The notes: generated from the letters alone by a model not told the origin. A DNA stretch of 64,000 nucleotides from Spirulina sp. (GCA_044070495.1 JBIPSI010000004.1:135577-199576); one strand, 5' to 3'; counted from the stretch's first letter, positions 32,052-41,755 are shown. Translations and numbers: made by a program.

Positions 32052-32124
32052 GAGATATCGAGGTTCTTCGGTATGGGATCAGCCAATTAGCCTAGCCCTA
32101 ATCAGAAATCCCAGCGGCCAAAGG

Positions 32125-33138
32125 TCAAGTAGCGTTAGGGGCAATGGCTTTTACCAGGCGAAACCCGATGTGGGTAGTGCCTGTATCGGGGGCTTGGGAT
32201 TCGCGGGCGGCGGGGCGGTAGCGGCTGCAATAGTTTTTGGCACAGAGGTAGGAACCGCCTTTAATGACGTGGGTGGCTCCATCCTGGGGCTTTTTGGGGT
32301 CGTAGCTGACGGCTTGGGTGGGGCCAGTGGGGTCGTGCTGGTGGGCGAGGTCGTCGTGGTAGACCGTGAACCAGCTAGAGGTGAGTTCCCACACGTTGCC
32401 CGCCATGTCGTACAGCCCATAGCCATTGGGTGGATAGGACATCACCGGAGCCGTGCCCAAGTGGCCATCGGCCTTGGTGTTGAAGAAGGGAAATAGCCCC
32501 TGCCAGGTGTTGGCCTGCTTGGCGGAATATTGCTCGCCCCAGGTGTAGGTCCAGCCTTCGGATCCTCCACGGGCGGCGTATTCCCACTGGGCTTCGGTGG
32601 GCAGTTGACGACCTACCCAATTGGCGTAGGCTTCGGCGTCTTCGTAGGCGATGTGAACTACGGGATGATTCTCCTTGCCTTGCAGGTCGCTGTCTGGGCC
32701 AAAGGGATGTTGCCAGTTGGCCCCCGGCACCCAATGCCACCAGCTTAGGTAGGCCACCTGCTGCACCCTCTCCTCCGGCGGCTGAAAGACCAGTGAACCC
32801 GCTGCCCGCTGATCCTCCGGCAAATCCGGGAACTGCTCCTTCGACAGGGGTCGCTCCGCCACCGTCACATAGCCCGTCGCCGTCACAAAGGCCGCAAACT
32901 GGGCGTTGGTCACCTCATGGGGTTCGATACAAAAACTGCTGACAGAGACATCCTCAGCGATTTTTTCCTCCACAAAATCAGAGTCTTTATCCCCCATGGT
33001 GAAGGTGCCCCCAGCGATGAAGATCATGTCGCTAGGGCAGGGGGAAGGCTCCGCCAGGGCGGGGAGGGGGAAGCAAAGAAGGGTGAGGATGGTGAGGATG
33101 GTGAGGATGGTGAGGATGAGAGGGCGAGGAATAGGCAT
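32125..33138 (-). CDS. Formylglycine-generating enzyme (sulfatase-modifying factor, SUMF1/FGE family), with signal peptide
   Basis: FTMG, EVTNAQF, HPVVH, LPTEAQWEYAARGG, NGYGLYDMAGNVWE, KGGSYLCAKNYCSRYRPAAR, GFR. Start at ATG 33138. Confidence 0.92.
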   Translation of the reverse strand: MPIPRPLILTILTILTILTLLCFPLPALAEPSPCPSDMIFIAGGTFTMGDKDSDFVEEKIAEDVSVSSFCIEPHEVTNAQFAAFVTATGYVTVAERPLSKEQFPDLPEDQRAAGSLVFQPPEERVQQVAYLSWWHWVPGANWQHPFGPDSDLQGKENHPVVHIAYEDAEAYANWVGRQLPTEAQWEYAARGGSEGWTYTWGEQYSAKQANTWQGLFPFFNTKADGHLGTAPVMSYPPNGYGLYDMAGNVWELTSSWFTVYHDDLAHQHDPTGPTQAVSYDPKKPQDGATHVIKGGSYLCAKNYCSRYRPAARESQAPDTGTTHIGFRLVKAIAPNAT

Positions 33139-33214
33139 AGAGTCGAGGGAGTAGGAAGGGTGAGGATGGTGAGGATGAGAGGGCGAGGAATAGGCATAGA
33201 GTCGAGGGAGTAGG
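33082..33214. repeat. (GGTGAGGAT)4 microsatellite plus a 56-bp direct duplication of the FGE start region
   Basis: 33100-33155 is repeated at 33159-33214. Confidence 0.9.
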
Positions 33215-33470
33215 GAGATTCGTAGGGTGCATTCGCGCAGCAATGCACCACTTAGGAAATCGGTGCAGGGTGCGTCTAGTGATTGGAAAGGTGCAAAGAC
33301 AATTTTGTTAGCGAATTGCGCTTGTGATGGGTTTGGCCCTCACCCCCAGCCCCTCTCCCCCCTGGGAGAGGGGGGCCGGAAGGGTGGAGATTTAACGAGA
33401 TCCCAGAGTTTTTTGGCTTACTGGCCATGAATTACTGCCTATTTCAAGTCAGAACCCTGGGATCTTGGGT

Positions 33471-34961
33471 CTACGTCAGATTTTCCACGGCTTTCGTTTG
33501 TCGTTTGGCCCAGACGTTGTAGGGCAGGGCGCTGAGGGCACCAATGACCACGTAGGCAATCACGGTAGGGATGGCGTTTCCGCCTCCGTTGGCGGCGAGG
33601 AGGAAGAGGGCCATTCCGGCGTTGCGGGCAATGGTTCCGGTGGCGACGGCGGATCGTACGGCAATCTCTGGCCCACCGAGGAAGTGACCACAGGCGAGGC
33701 CAAAGATCACAATCAGCGGAATCGCCACCAAGCCGCGCCACGCGATGGTGGGCAACACCACAATGCTGATGCCGAGGGCAAACACCAGCAGCACCGCAAA
33801 CAGGGTGCTGGCAATGGTGGAGAGCAGTTGGCCTACGTTGGCGGCTTGCTCACCGCTGAATTGGCGAATGGCGAGCCCCAGCCCCAGGGGCAAAAACTGA
33901 GCTAGAAGCACCTGTTTAGCAATCGTCAGATAGTCGGCGCTGGCATCGATGGGGGCGAACAGGCTGGTGAGTACCCACAGCGTTAACGGCGTGGTGACGG
34001 TGGCCAATAGGGCCAGGGTTACTTGCAGGCTAATGGCCACATCGGGGTTGCTCCCCGCCATCGCCGCCCGCCGAGACAGCAGGGGTGCCCCCGGTGCCGC
34101 CGCCAGGACTGCCAACCCCAAGGCCACCCGCCCAACCCCCGGATGACCACCGCTGAGCACCAGGTAGCCAATCACCGCCGCCCCCACCGGGAATAGAACT
34201 AGGGTGGATAGCAGGGAACGTCCCAGCAGAGCAGGCTGCTGCCATAGGGTGGCCAGGCTGCTAGGCGAGGTTTGCGCCCCCAGGCTGAGCATCAAAATGA
34301 ATACGATCAGGGCCGCTAGGGTGGTGATGACGCGACTGTTGAGGGTAAACACCTCCGCCATTTGCACGCCCCCCACCACCAGGGGAATGAAGGCCGCCAG
34401 CCCTAAAAACAGCAGCACCGTGGCCACCACCAAGCCCTGCGACCAAGTGGGGCCATACTTGTAATCGTCGGATTCAATGGTTTTTAGCGTCGTCCAGTGG
34501 TTGATAATCGCCATCACCAGCGTCACCAAGCCCAGGGTCATCAGGCTCAGGCCCAGCACCCGTTCCTCGGTCAGGCGGTTGATTCCGGCGGCGGTCTCGG
34601 TGTGATCCAGGTAGGTGAACAGGCGATCAATGCCAAAGCCAAAGCTAATCATCGATAACGCCGTGCGAATCCAGGCCATCAGGGTGCGCTCTTCGGCGGC
34701 ACGGGTACGTTCCTTGGCCAGTTCCGTCCGCAGTTCTGCCAGGTCGGTGCGCTCGATGGAAAGCCCCGTGCGCTTCTCGGCCAGCTCGGTGCGCTGTTCC
34801 GCCAGTTCGGTGCGGTTTTCGGCTAGCTCAGTACGTTTTTCGGCCATGGCCGTACGATTTTCGGCTAGCTCAGTGCGCTTCTCGGCCATGACCGTCCGCT
34901 GCATGGCTAGCTCATTGTTGTTGGGCAGAGGAGTAGGGGATGGGGGTTCAGTAGAAGACAT
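33471..34961 (-). CDS. DUF202 (YidH/VTC1-like) domain with heptad-repeat extension fused to a bile-acid:Na+ symporter (BASS/SBF)-like domain
   Basis: 11 LAExRT heptads, then ERTLMAWIRTALSMISFGF; C-terminal multi-TM with LAAAPGAP, TTPL, RNAG. Confidence 0.8.
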   Translation of the reverse strand: MSSTEPPSPTPLPNNNELAMQRTVMAEKRTELAENRTAMAEKRTELAENRTELAEQRTELAEKRTGLSIERTDLAELRTELAKERTRAAEERTLMAWIRTALSMISFGFGIDRLFTYLDHTETAAGINRLTEERVLGLSLMTLGLVTLVMAIINHWTTLKTIESDDYKYGPTWSQGLVVATVLLFLGLAAFIPLVVGGVQMAEVFTLNSRVITTLAALIVFILMLSLGAQTSPSSLATLWQQPALLGRSLLSTLVLFPVGAAVIGYLVLSGGHPGVGRVALGLAVLAAAPGAPLLSRRAAMAGSNPDVAISLQVTLALLATVTTPLTLWVLTSLFAPIDASADYLTIAKQVLLAQFLPLGLGLAIRQFSGEQAANVGQLLSTIASTLFAVLLVFALGISIVVLPTIAWRGLVAIPLIVIFGLACGHFLGGPEIAVRSAVATGTIARNAGMALFLLAANGGGNAIPTVIAYVVIGALSALPYNVWAKRQTKAVENLT

Positions 34962-35085
34962 AGGGATGAGGTAGGGGACAGGGGACAGGGGTGAGATGTT
35001 GGCGCATCCTTCACAGCGTGGGCCGAATTTTGAACCTTGAATTTTGAACCTTGAACCTCAAATTCCGCCTCTGCGTCTCTGGGGA

Positions 35086-35475
35086 TCAGGTGACCAGGGG
35101 ACTGATCAGGATGCCGAGGAAGGCGATCACGCCGAGTCCCGTGAGGATGCAGGCCACCACCAGGGATGGAGATTGGCGGGATTGGTAGATCAGGTCGTTG
35201 CGCTGGATGCGTTTGAGCTGGTGCTGGTGATCGAGGGCCGCAAACAGCATGGCAAAGGTGCCCAGGGCCACAAAGGACAGGCCCAAAATGCGAGACAGTC
35301 TAAACGGGTTGACGACATCGCCGAGGGCTTGGTGGATAGCGGCCACAATGCGCTCAATCCCGAAGCCAAAGCCAATCAGGGCTAGGGAGGTGCGAATCCA
35401 GGCCATCAGGGTACGTTCTTCGGCAGCGCGGTTGCGTTCTTTGGCGAGTTCGGTGGCGGGGTTCGGTTCGGTCAT
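35086..35475 (-). CDS. DUF202/YidH family membrane protein
   Basis: ELAKERNRAAEERTLMAWIRTSLALIGFGFGI, 3 TM. Confidence 0.88.
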   Translation of the reverse strand: MTEPNPATELAKERNRAAEERTLMAWIRTSLALIGFGFGIERIVAAIHQALGDVVNPFRLSRILGLSFVALGTFAMLFAALDHQHQLKRIQRNDLIYQSRQSPSLVVACILTGLGVIAFLGILISPLVT

Positions 35476-35607
35476 AGGGGTCAGTGAACAAATGGATAAG
35501 GGTAATTTTGAACTTTGAACTTTAAACCTTGAACTTTAGATCGTTAAAAATTGGGCTATTCTCAAAACAACTATAAATGTCCTCACGGATAAGGGAGAAC
35601 GGGGGCT

Positions 35608-36012
35608 ATGACAGATTCGGCACCGCAAAAGCCCATCAATACAACCAATGAGCTAGCGAAGGAGCGCAATCGGGCAGCGGCGGAACGAACGATCAACGCC
35701 TGGCTGGGAATTTGTCTAAGCCTGATTGGTTTTGGCATTGCCTTTGACCAAATTTTTCTCAGCTTAAGACAGCGCTTTCCTGAGATAAATCCAGTCATGA
35801 CTAGGGAAGCAGCTACGCTAGTTGGCATGGGTTTTGTAGAAGTAGGACTGATTTTATTAGGTATAGGACTGATACAACATCGGTTAGCAATTAAAAGCAT
35901 TGAGCACCCCAATTATGTAATGCTATCGACAAGCAAGTTAAATCGCATCGTAGTAATTGGCATTGTGATTCTTGGTACAGCGGGATTCTTTGCCGCCTTG
36001 TTTGTAATTTAG
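35608..36012 (+). CDS. DUF202/YidH family membrane protein (divergent copy)
   Basis: ELAKERNRAAAERTINAWLGICLSLIGFG, 3 TM. Confidence 0.82.
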   Translation: MTDSAPQKPINTTNELAKERNRAAAERTINAWLGICLSLIGFGIAFDQIFLSLRQRFPEINPVMTREAATLVGMGFVEVGLILLGIGLIQHRLAIKSIEHPNYVMLSTSKLNRIVVIGIVILGTAGFFAALFVI

Positions 36013-36114
36013 AGAGTGCTTGCTTTATACCAAATCCACATTCAAAGAACCGTTCCCAATCTGCCAGGTCGTAGAAGCAAAGTCTCCTTGCCCAACAACC
36101 GTCAAAACTATTCG

Positions 36115-36504
36115 TCAAAACCATAGGTGAAACCCCAACCAGAAAAAGGCAAGGATACCGAGGATAAGCGCCATTAGGCCCGTCGTAGATCCTAGGGGCC
36201 AACGGGGCGTATAGCGATAGATAGGGGCTTTCAGACGCTGCATTTCGCCTTGATAATCACGAATGGCTAGGGCCAGAGTAACGACCCCCAAACCCACCAG
36301 CAGCAGACTGAGGACGTAGGCCCAGGTGTCAATAAAGCGACCACTCGGAGCGATGGCGCTAACCACCTGATCGACCCCCACCCCAATACCAATGAGGGTA
36401 AGGCTGCTGCGGGCAAAGGACAGCAGGGAGCGATCAGCGGCCAGGTGGTTGCGCTCGCGGGCCAGCTCATCTTGGGGGTTGAAATCAGGGGTGGGGTTGG
36501 TCAT
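36115..36504 (-). CDS. DUF202/YidH family membrane protein
   Basis: ELARERNHLAADRSLLSFARSSLTLIGIG, 3 TM; start ATG 36504. Confidence 0.8.
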   Translation of the reverse strand: MTNPTPDFNPQDELARERNHLAADRSLLSFARSSLTLIGIGVGVDQVVSAIAPSGRFIDTWAYVLSLLLVGLGVVTLALAIRDYQGEMQRLKAPIYRYTPRWPLGSTTGLMALILGILAFFWLGFHLWF

Positions 36505-36958
36505 GGGTGGGAAGTGGGGGGGTAACATCCTGGGGAATTTCCATGAATTCCATGGGACTATCCAGCATATACAGTGGGGGATAGTTGTGGGTAATGGCTT
36601 TTTCTCGAAATTCCATTTGGGCCTCAATTTCTTTATTCAAAAAGTAGTTTAAGAAGGTGCGAATCACCGCAATGACCGAGAGGCGAATGAGGGCTTCATT
36701 GGTAGGAGCAATGGCCGTACTCAAAATATCGGCCCCAAGTTGAAATTCCAGCGCTAGGGCCAGCCAAAGGCCAAATTTTAGCCGAATTTGAATAAAAGGT
36801 AGCATCACCCGACGGCGATGTTTGAGGATTTTCAGCGTTAGCCGAGCCGTAACGATGATCCCCACAAAAATGCAGATTACCCCTAGGGCTTCTAGGATGG
36901 TTTCGCCAAGGGTGGCCAGGTGAAAAGAGAAGGTTTCGATAACCTCTAACCAGGACAT
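36485..36958 (-). CDS. DUF1622 domain membrane protein
   Basis: RLKFGLWLALALEFQLGADILST...IRTFLNYFL. Confidence 0.85.
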   Translation of the reverse strand: MSWLEVIETFSFHLATLGETILEALGVICIFVGIIVTARLTLKILKHRRRVMLPFIQIRLKFGLWLALALEFQLGADILSTAIAPTNEALIRLSVIAVIRTFLNYFLNKEIEAQMEFREKAITHNYPPLYMLDSPMEFMEIPQDVTPPLPTHDQPHP

Positions 36959-36961
36959 AGA

Positions 36962-38449
36962 CTAACCTCCTTGAGGGGGTGAAGTGCGGGATAGGGCGGG
37001 TTGGGGGATGGCTTGTGATCGCTCCCAGTCCTGCACCGCTTCGAGGGATTGCCCCGTGGTTTCGATGCGGAAGCGATGGGTGATCAGCGCTGCTAGGACA
37101 CAAATCACCGCTAACCCCACCAGCAGGGGCGGAATCCCCCAGGATTTGGCCACAATCGGCAGCACAAAGGTGCCCAACACCGCCCCCGCCTTGGCAAAGG
37201 AGGCGGCAAACCCAGCCCCAGTGGCCCGTAGGTGAGTGGGGAAGACCTCCCCCGACAGCAAAAAGGTGGTGGCATTGGGGCCAGCATTCATCATTAGGTT
37301 GAACACCAGAAATCCCGCTAACACCAGCCCCGTTTCGGCCCCGCTGCCCGCTGTCACCAGGCCAGAGGCCGCCAATAGCAGCAGTCCCCCAGCCATGCCA
37401 ATAAAGCCGATGATTTGCAAGCGCATCCGTCCCCAACGATCCACCAGGGCCACCGCGCAGAGAAAGCCAACAATCAAAAATACATCTACCAGAGCCGCCC
37501 CCTGGGCCGATTTGATTTCTCGTACCAGGAAGTTGGTTTCTGTGGATAGGGCCAGCTTGGCAATGATCACCGGGGTAAAAATGCCGATGCCGTAGGTGGC
37601 GATGTCCTGCAAAAACCAGGGCAGCGAGGCCAATAGGGTGCTACGGCGATGGGTTGGCGTAAACAGCGTGGCCAGGGCGACGGGTTCGGTTTCTGGGGGC
37701 GGTTCCTCCTCGGCGGTGATGACGATGGCTTCGCCCAAAAGCTGGCTGGCTGCCTCGGAGGCTTCGGCATACTCGCCCCGGCTGATGTGGTAGCGGGGGC
37801 TTTCAAGCTGAACGCTCAGCCGCACCGCCGCCACGATCACTGCCAAGGCCACCCCCACGCCCAGCATCCAGCGCCAGGCATACTGCACCGCCATGGGTTC
37901 CGGGTCGGGATAGATCACCTGAAAAAGATAGATCACCCCCACCCCGGTCAACGCCCCCAGCATGGCCCCCACCGCCTGAAAGGTGAAGGCTCCGATCACC
38001 AAGCGGCCCCGGTAGCGGGCAGGCACGTTTTCGGTGATGTAGGCGACGCTGATCGGGTAGTCGGCCCCGATGGCCACCCCCACCAAAAACCGAAAGACAA
38101 TCAACGAGGCGGCATTCCAGGCCAGGGCCGTTCCCGCTGTGGCCACCACAAACAGCGCCACATCCACAATCAGCATCGGCTTGCGGCCCACCTTATCGGT
38201 GATTGGCCCCAGGGTGATTGACCCCACCAGGGAACCCACCACCGCCGCCGTGGCCACCGCCCCCACGGTGACGGCATCCAGGCCAAAATCCCGCTTCAAA
38301 AAAGGTAGGGCTACGCCGATCACAAAAAAGTCGAAGCCATCCAGGGCGATTAGCCCCGCCGACAGCAGCCACAGCAACCCCATCGCACGGGTCAGCCCCG
38401 CCTTGTCCAAGCGCTGCTCAAAGGATTGGGAAGGGATCGTCGCCGTCAT
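36962..38449 (-). CDS. MFS transporter resembling the phosphate:H+ symporter (Pho84/PHT1)/sugar-porter branch
   Basis: DGFDFF, DKVGRK, GVAIGADYPIS, WFLQDIATYG, GPNATTF...EVFP..R.T. Confidence 0.8.
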   Translation of the reverse strand: MTATIPSQSFEQRLDKAGLTRAMGLLWLLSAGLIALDGFDFFVIGVALPFLKRDFGLDAVTVGAVATAAVVGSLVGSITLGPITDKVGRKPMLIVDVALFVVATAGTALAWNAASLIVFRFLVGVAIGADYPISVAYITENVPARYRGRLVIGAFTFQAVGAMLGALTGVGVIYLFQVIYPDPEPMAVQYAWRWMLGVGVALAVIVAAVRLSVQLESPRYHISRGEYAEASEAASQLLGEAIVITAEEEPPPETEPVALATLFTPTHRRSTLLASLPWFLQDIATYGIGIFTPVIIAKLALSTETNFLVREIKSAQGAALVDVFLIVGFLCAVALVDRWGRMRLQIIGFIGMAGGLLLLAASGLVTAGSGAETGLVLAGFLVFNLMMNAGPNATTFLLSGEVFPTHLRATGAGFAASFAKAGAVLGTFVLPIVAKSWGIPPLLVGLAVICVLAALITHRFRIETTGQSLEAVQDWERSQAIPQPALSRTSPPQGG

Positions 38450-39018
38450 TCCTCAGACTCCTTAGACTTAGCGCCATCGGCCCCTTCAAATTGCAGCAGG
38501 CGGGTACTGGCGGCGAGGGCCAAAATCGACAGGGGAATGACCAAATACGTCCACTCTAGACCTCGAAACGACAGCCGTTCGAGTAGTCCTTTGACAAAGA
38601 TCACCGTTAACAGCACAATCAGCACTTCCATCAAGGTCTTTTTGAGGGTGCTGATACCGCCCAATTTCGCCCAAGTACCCGCTTCGGTATCAGACTTTTC
38701 AAGCTGAATAAACAGTGCATAAATGCCGTAGGCAAAATATAAAAATGCCAGCCCTACCAGAAATTCATCCAGACATTCCAATAGCTCAATGGTGGCCAGT
38801 TCTGTGGGAGAAATGCGGCTCCCTTCGATTACAGATTCCTCGGCATTGATAGCCAGTATCACAGCCTTTAGGGTGTTGACCGTGCCAATTCCAAACATCA
38901 GCAACGCCCCAATCAAAGACGATGCCACCGCCAGCACACTCATAAAGCGAGTCCAGCGAATGGCCAAGACCAAACGAGGCATAGGTGTGGCCGTTTTGGA
39001 GGAAGAGGAATCGGTCAT
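38446..39018 (-). CDS. YqhA/UPF0114 family membrane protein
   Basis: LLECLDEFLVG...YGIYALFI...I.TLK pattern, 4 TM. Confidence 0.7.
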   Translation of the reverse strand: MTDSSSSKTATPMPRLVLAIRWTRFMSVLAVASSLIGALLMFGIGTVNTLKAVILAINAEESVIEGSRISPTELATIELLECLDEFLVGLAFLYFAYGIYALFIQLEKSDTEAGTWAKLGGISTLKKTLMEVLIVLLTVIFVKGLLERLSFRGLEWTYLVIPLSILALAASTRLLQFEGADGAKSKESEE

Positions 39019-39074
39019 GAATTGGTGATGAATCGGGATAGGAAAACTCAGCGACGGCTACCAAAAGACTGGCC

Positions 39075-39758
39075 CTAGCCCTGGGGCAGATTTTCGGAGC
39101 GGTGAGTGTAGCTTTTCGTCAGAATATGGAGGCTGACCAGCAGCACCCACAGGGGGAACAGCAGCATGACCCAGCCCAAACTGTTGATATAGCCAATTCT
39201 AAGTAGCATGATGGCGGCAAACCCAAAGCCGATCCAGGCTGTCCAGCGGGGAATCACCCCCGTTCGCAGAAATAGGGTGCAGCTAGAAATCATAAACACC
39301 CCGGCCATGCGAATGCTGTAGGTACTGAGGGTTTCGCGGGCGATGATCCGGCCTAGGTCGTAGACAGCGGGCAGATCAGATTCGGGGAGGCGGGTGGTGA
39401 GCAAAATTAGGCTACCTGTTACCGCTGAACTAACAAACAGCATGGCCACAAACAGTAGACCGCTGCCCAGAAACACCGTGGCAAAAAATTGGTCTTCCCG
39501 CTCCCCCAGCACGTCGCGCACCACCCCCATAAACCAGAGGAAGGCAATCCCGGCAAAGGGCACCAGGTTCAGGGCCAGCAGCACGGCGGGCGTTTGGCTG
39601 AATAGTCCGCTCTCATTGTCTAAGGGCGTGGGTGGGGTCGCCAACAAGATCAGGACGGAACTGATGATGAGCAACACCGAAAACAAAATGCCCGCGACGG
39701 CAGCCGCCTTGGGTGCTCGTAGGCGAGTGCGGGGGGGAAGCGGAGTATCTGAGGTCAT
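39075..39758 (-). CDS. Multi-pass membrane protein (hypothetical)
   Basis: About 6 hydrophobic segments; PFAGIAFLWF motif. Confidence 0.7.
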   Translation of the reverse strand: MTSDTPLPPRTRLRAPKAAAVAGILFSVLLIISSVLILLATPPTPLDNESGLFSQTPAVLLALNLVPFAGIAFLWFMGVVRDVLGEREDQFFATVFLGSGLLFVAMLFVSSAVTGSLILLTTRLPESDLPAVYDLGRIIARETLSTYSIRMAGVFMISSCTLFLRTGVIPRWTAWIGFGFAAIMLLRIGYINSLGWVMLLFPLWVLLVSLHILTKSYTHRSENLPQG

Positions 39759-39835
39759 AGGGGTGTGCGTCGGGGTAAGAGGCCAGCATGGGGGTAGCCA
39801 AGATCCTAGGATCTGTAGATCGCAAAGTCCCTGAA

Positions 39836-40062
39836 CCCCTCACCCCCAGCCCCTCTCCCAGAGGGCTACCGTATATACCCATCTTGTTTTCATGCTGTAA
39901 GTCCTTGGAGATCCCCCTAAATCCCCCTTAAAAAGGGGGACTTTGACTCCGATTCCCCCCTTTTTAAGGGGGGCTAGGGGGGATCAACCCCAAGCATCAC
40001 GTAACACAGAGACTTATGTATAAGCCGTAGCCCAAGTTGGGAGAGGGATTTAGGGTAAGGGC
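39836..40062. repeat. Nested palindromic repeat/MITE composite, copy 3
   Basis: CCCTCACCCCCAGCCCCTCTCCCA | GGGCTACCGTATATAC...TGTATAAGCCGTAGCCC (39863-40033) | TTGGGAGAGGGATTTAGGGTAAGGGC. Confidence 0.8.
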
Positions 40063-40072
40063 AGCAACACCC

Positions 40073-41755
40073 TTAGTTGCTGCCGGGGGGGATGGATTGC
40101 AGTTGTTCTAGCACCTGATCCACCGTAAAGCTGGCGGCTTTTTGGCGGGGGGGATACTGCTTGAAGGTGGACAGGAATTCGGCCACCTTGCCCTGGGCGG
40201 GCACCAGCAGGAAGATGTGATCCAAAATCCAATCCCAGTAGGTGTTGGAGGTTAGGGTGGCCCGTTCGTAGGGGTCTGTCCTCAGGTTAAAGATGTAGGG
40301 GAAGCGCAGGGGCCGGAATTCCCGCTGCCAAACATCCAGGGTGCCCATGGCGTCTTGCACTTTAAAGTGCAGTTTCCAGTTGTCGTAGCGCATGGCCAGC
40401 AGGTCGCCATCGTCGGAGAAGTAGAAGAACTCCTGGCGAGGCGCTTCGGCGGTTTGTCCGGTCAAATAAGGCAGGAAGTTGTAGCCATCCAAATGCACCT
40501 TAAAGTTCCGGCCAGCGGCCTTGTATCCGGTGAGCAATTTGTCTTTCACCTCCGGGGCACCCGCCGCCGCAAGGATGGTGGGCATCCAGTCGAGGTGAGA
40601 CATCACATCGTTCGACACGGTACCCGGTTGGATGTGTCCCGGCCAGCGCACCATGGCCGGAATCCGGAACGCCCCTTCCCAGCCAGAGTTTTTCTCGTTG
40701 CGGAAGGGGGTCATGGCCGCATCGGGCCAGGAGTTCATGTGGGGGCCGTTGTCGGTACTGTAGAAAACGATGGTGTTTTCGGCAAGGCCCAACTCATCCA
40801 GGGCATCCAGGATTTGACCCACATTTTTGTCGTGGTCAACCATCACATCGTGGTAGGGCGACTGCCAGCGTCCGGCCTGCCCCACGCTTTCGGGCTTGGG
40901 GTGGGTACGGAAGTGCATGTGGGTGAAGTTCGTCCACATAAAGAAGGGTTGCCCCGCTGTCGCCTGCTTCTTCAGGTAGTCCACGGAGCGGTCGGCGATG
41001 TCGTCGTCGATGGTTTCCATCCGCTTTTTGGTCAGTGGGCCAGTGTCTTCAATGCGGCCATCGGCGAAGGTGTGAAGCACCCCACGGGGGCCAAAGCGCT
41101 TGGCAAAGTTCGGGAATTCCTGGGGATCGGGATAGTCGGGCAGTTCCGGCTCTTCCTCGGCATTGAGGTGGTAGAGGTTGCCGTAGAACTCATCGAAGCC
41201 GTGGTTGGTGGGCAAAAATTCGTCCTTGTCGCCCAGGTGGTTTTTGCCAAACTGGGCGGTGGCATAGCCCTGGGCCTTAAGCAATTCGGCAATGGTGGGA
41301 TCCTCAGGCCGCAGCCCCAAATCCGATCCAGGCAGACCCACTTTGCTCATCCCAGTACGAAACACGCTCTGTCCCGTAATAAAGGCGGCGCGTCCGGCGG
41401 TGCAGCTTTGCTCACCGTAGTAGTCGGTAAAAATCACCCCTTCTTCGGCAATGCGGTCAATATTAGGGGTGCGAAAACCCATCAGCCCCTTGGTGTAGGC
41501 GCTGATGTCGCTCTGGCCAATGTCGTCGCCCCAAATCACCACAATGTTGGGCTTGGTGGGAGCGGTTGTCGCTGCGCCAGGGGTGGCACTCGCCGAAGGA
41601 TAGACGGCGGCCATGGCCTGACCATTCCCCAACCCCAGCCAGCTAGAGGGGGACAAGATCAGGGTGAATGCTAAAACTCCGGCAATTAAACGAGTTAGGA
41701 GGCGAGGGGAGCTAAATTTCCCACCCCATCCATCCTGAAGAGGAGGATTACTCAT
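40073..41755 (-). CDS. Arylsulfatase (formylglycine-dependent, exported)
   Basis: KPNIVVIWGDDIG, CTAGR (CxxxR variant), GKNHLG, TDNG. Probable start ATG 41755 (GGAG upstream), then a signal peptide. Confidence 0.9.
   Translation of the reverse strand: MSNPPLQDGWGGKFSSPRLLTRLIAGVLAFTLILSPSSWLGLGNGQAMAAVYPSASATPGAATTAPTKPNIVVIWGDDIGQSDISAYTKGLMGFRTPNIDRIAEEGVIFTDYYGEQSCTAGRAAFITGQSVFRTGMSKVGLPGSDLGLRPEDPTIAELLKAQGYATAQFGKNHLGDKDEFLPTNHGFDEFYGNLYHLNAEEEPELPDYPDPQEFPNFAKRFGPRGVLHTFADGRIEDTGPLTKKRMETIDDDIADRSVDYLKKQATAGQPFFMWTNFTHMHFRTHPKPESVGQAGRWQSPYHDVMVDHDKNVGQILDALDELGLAENTIVFYSTDNGPHMNSWPDAAMTPFRNEKNSGWEGAFRIPAMVRWPGHIQPGTVSNDVMSHLDWMPTILAAAGAPEVKDKLLTGYKAAGRNFKVHLDGYNFLPYLTGQTAEAPRQEFFYFSDDGDLLAMRYDNWKLHFKVQDAMGTLDVWQREFRPLRFPYIFNLRTDPYERATLTSNTYWDWILDHIFLLVPAQGKVAEFLSTFKQYPPRQKAASFTVDQVLEQLQSIPPGSN

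Noticed and set aside
35027..35540. Heptamer tandem repeats (TTTGAAC-like) at ~35027 and ~35505, also ~25684
   Set aside because: Ordinary STRR-like intergenic repeats of filamentous cyanobacteria
40355..41674. 439-aa plus-strand ORF
   Set aside because: Antisense to the arylsulfatase; GC-rich codon shadow
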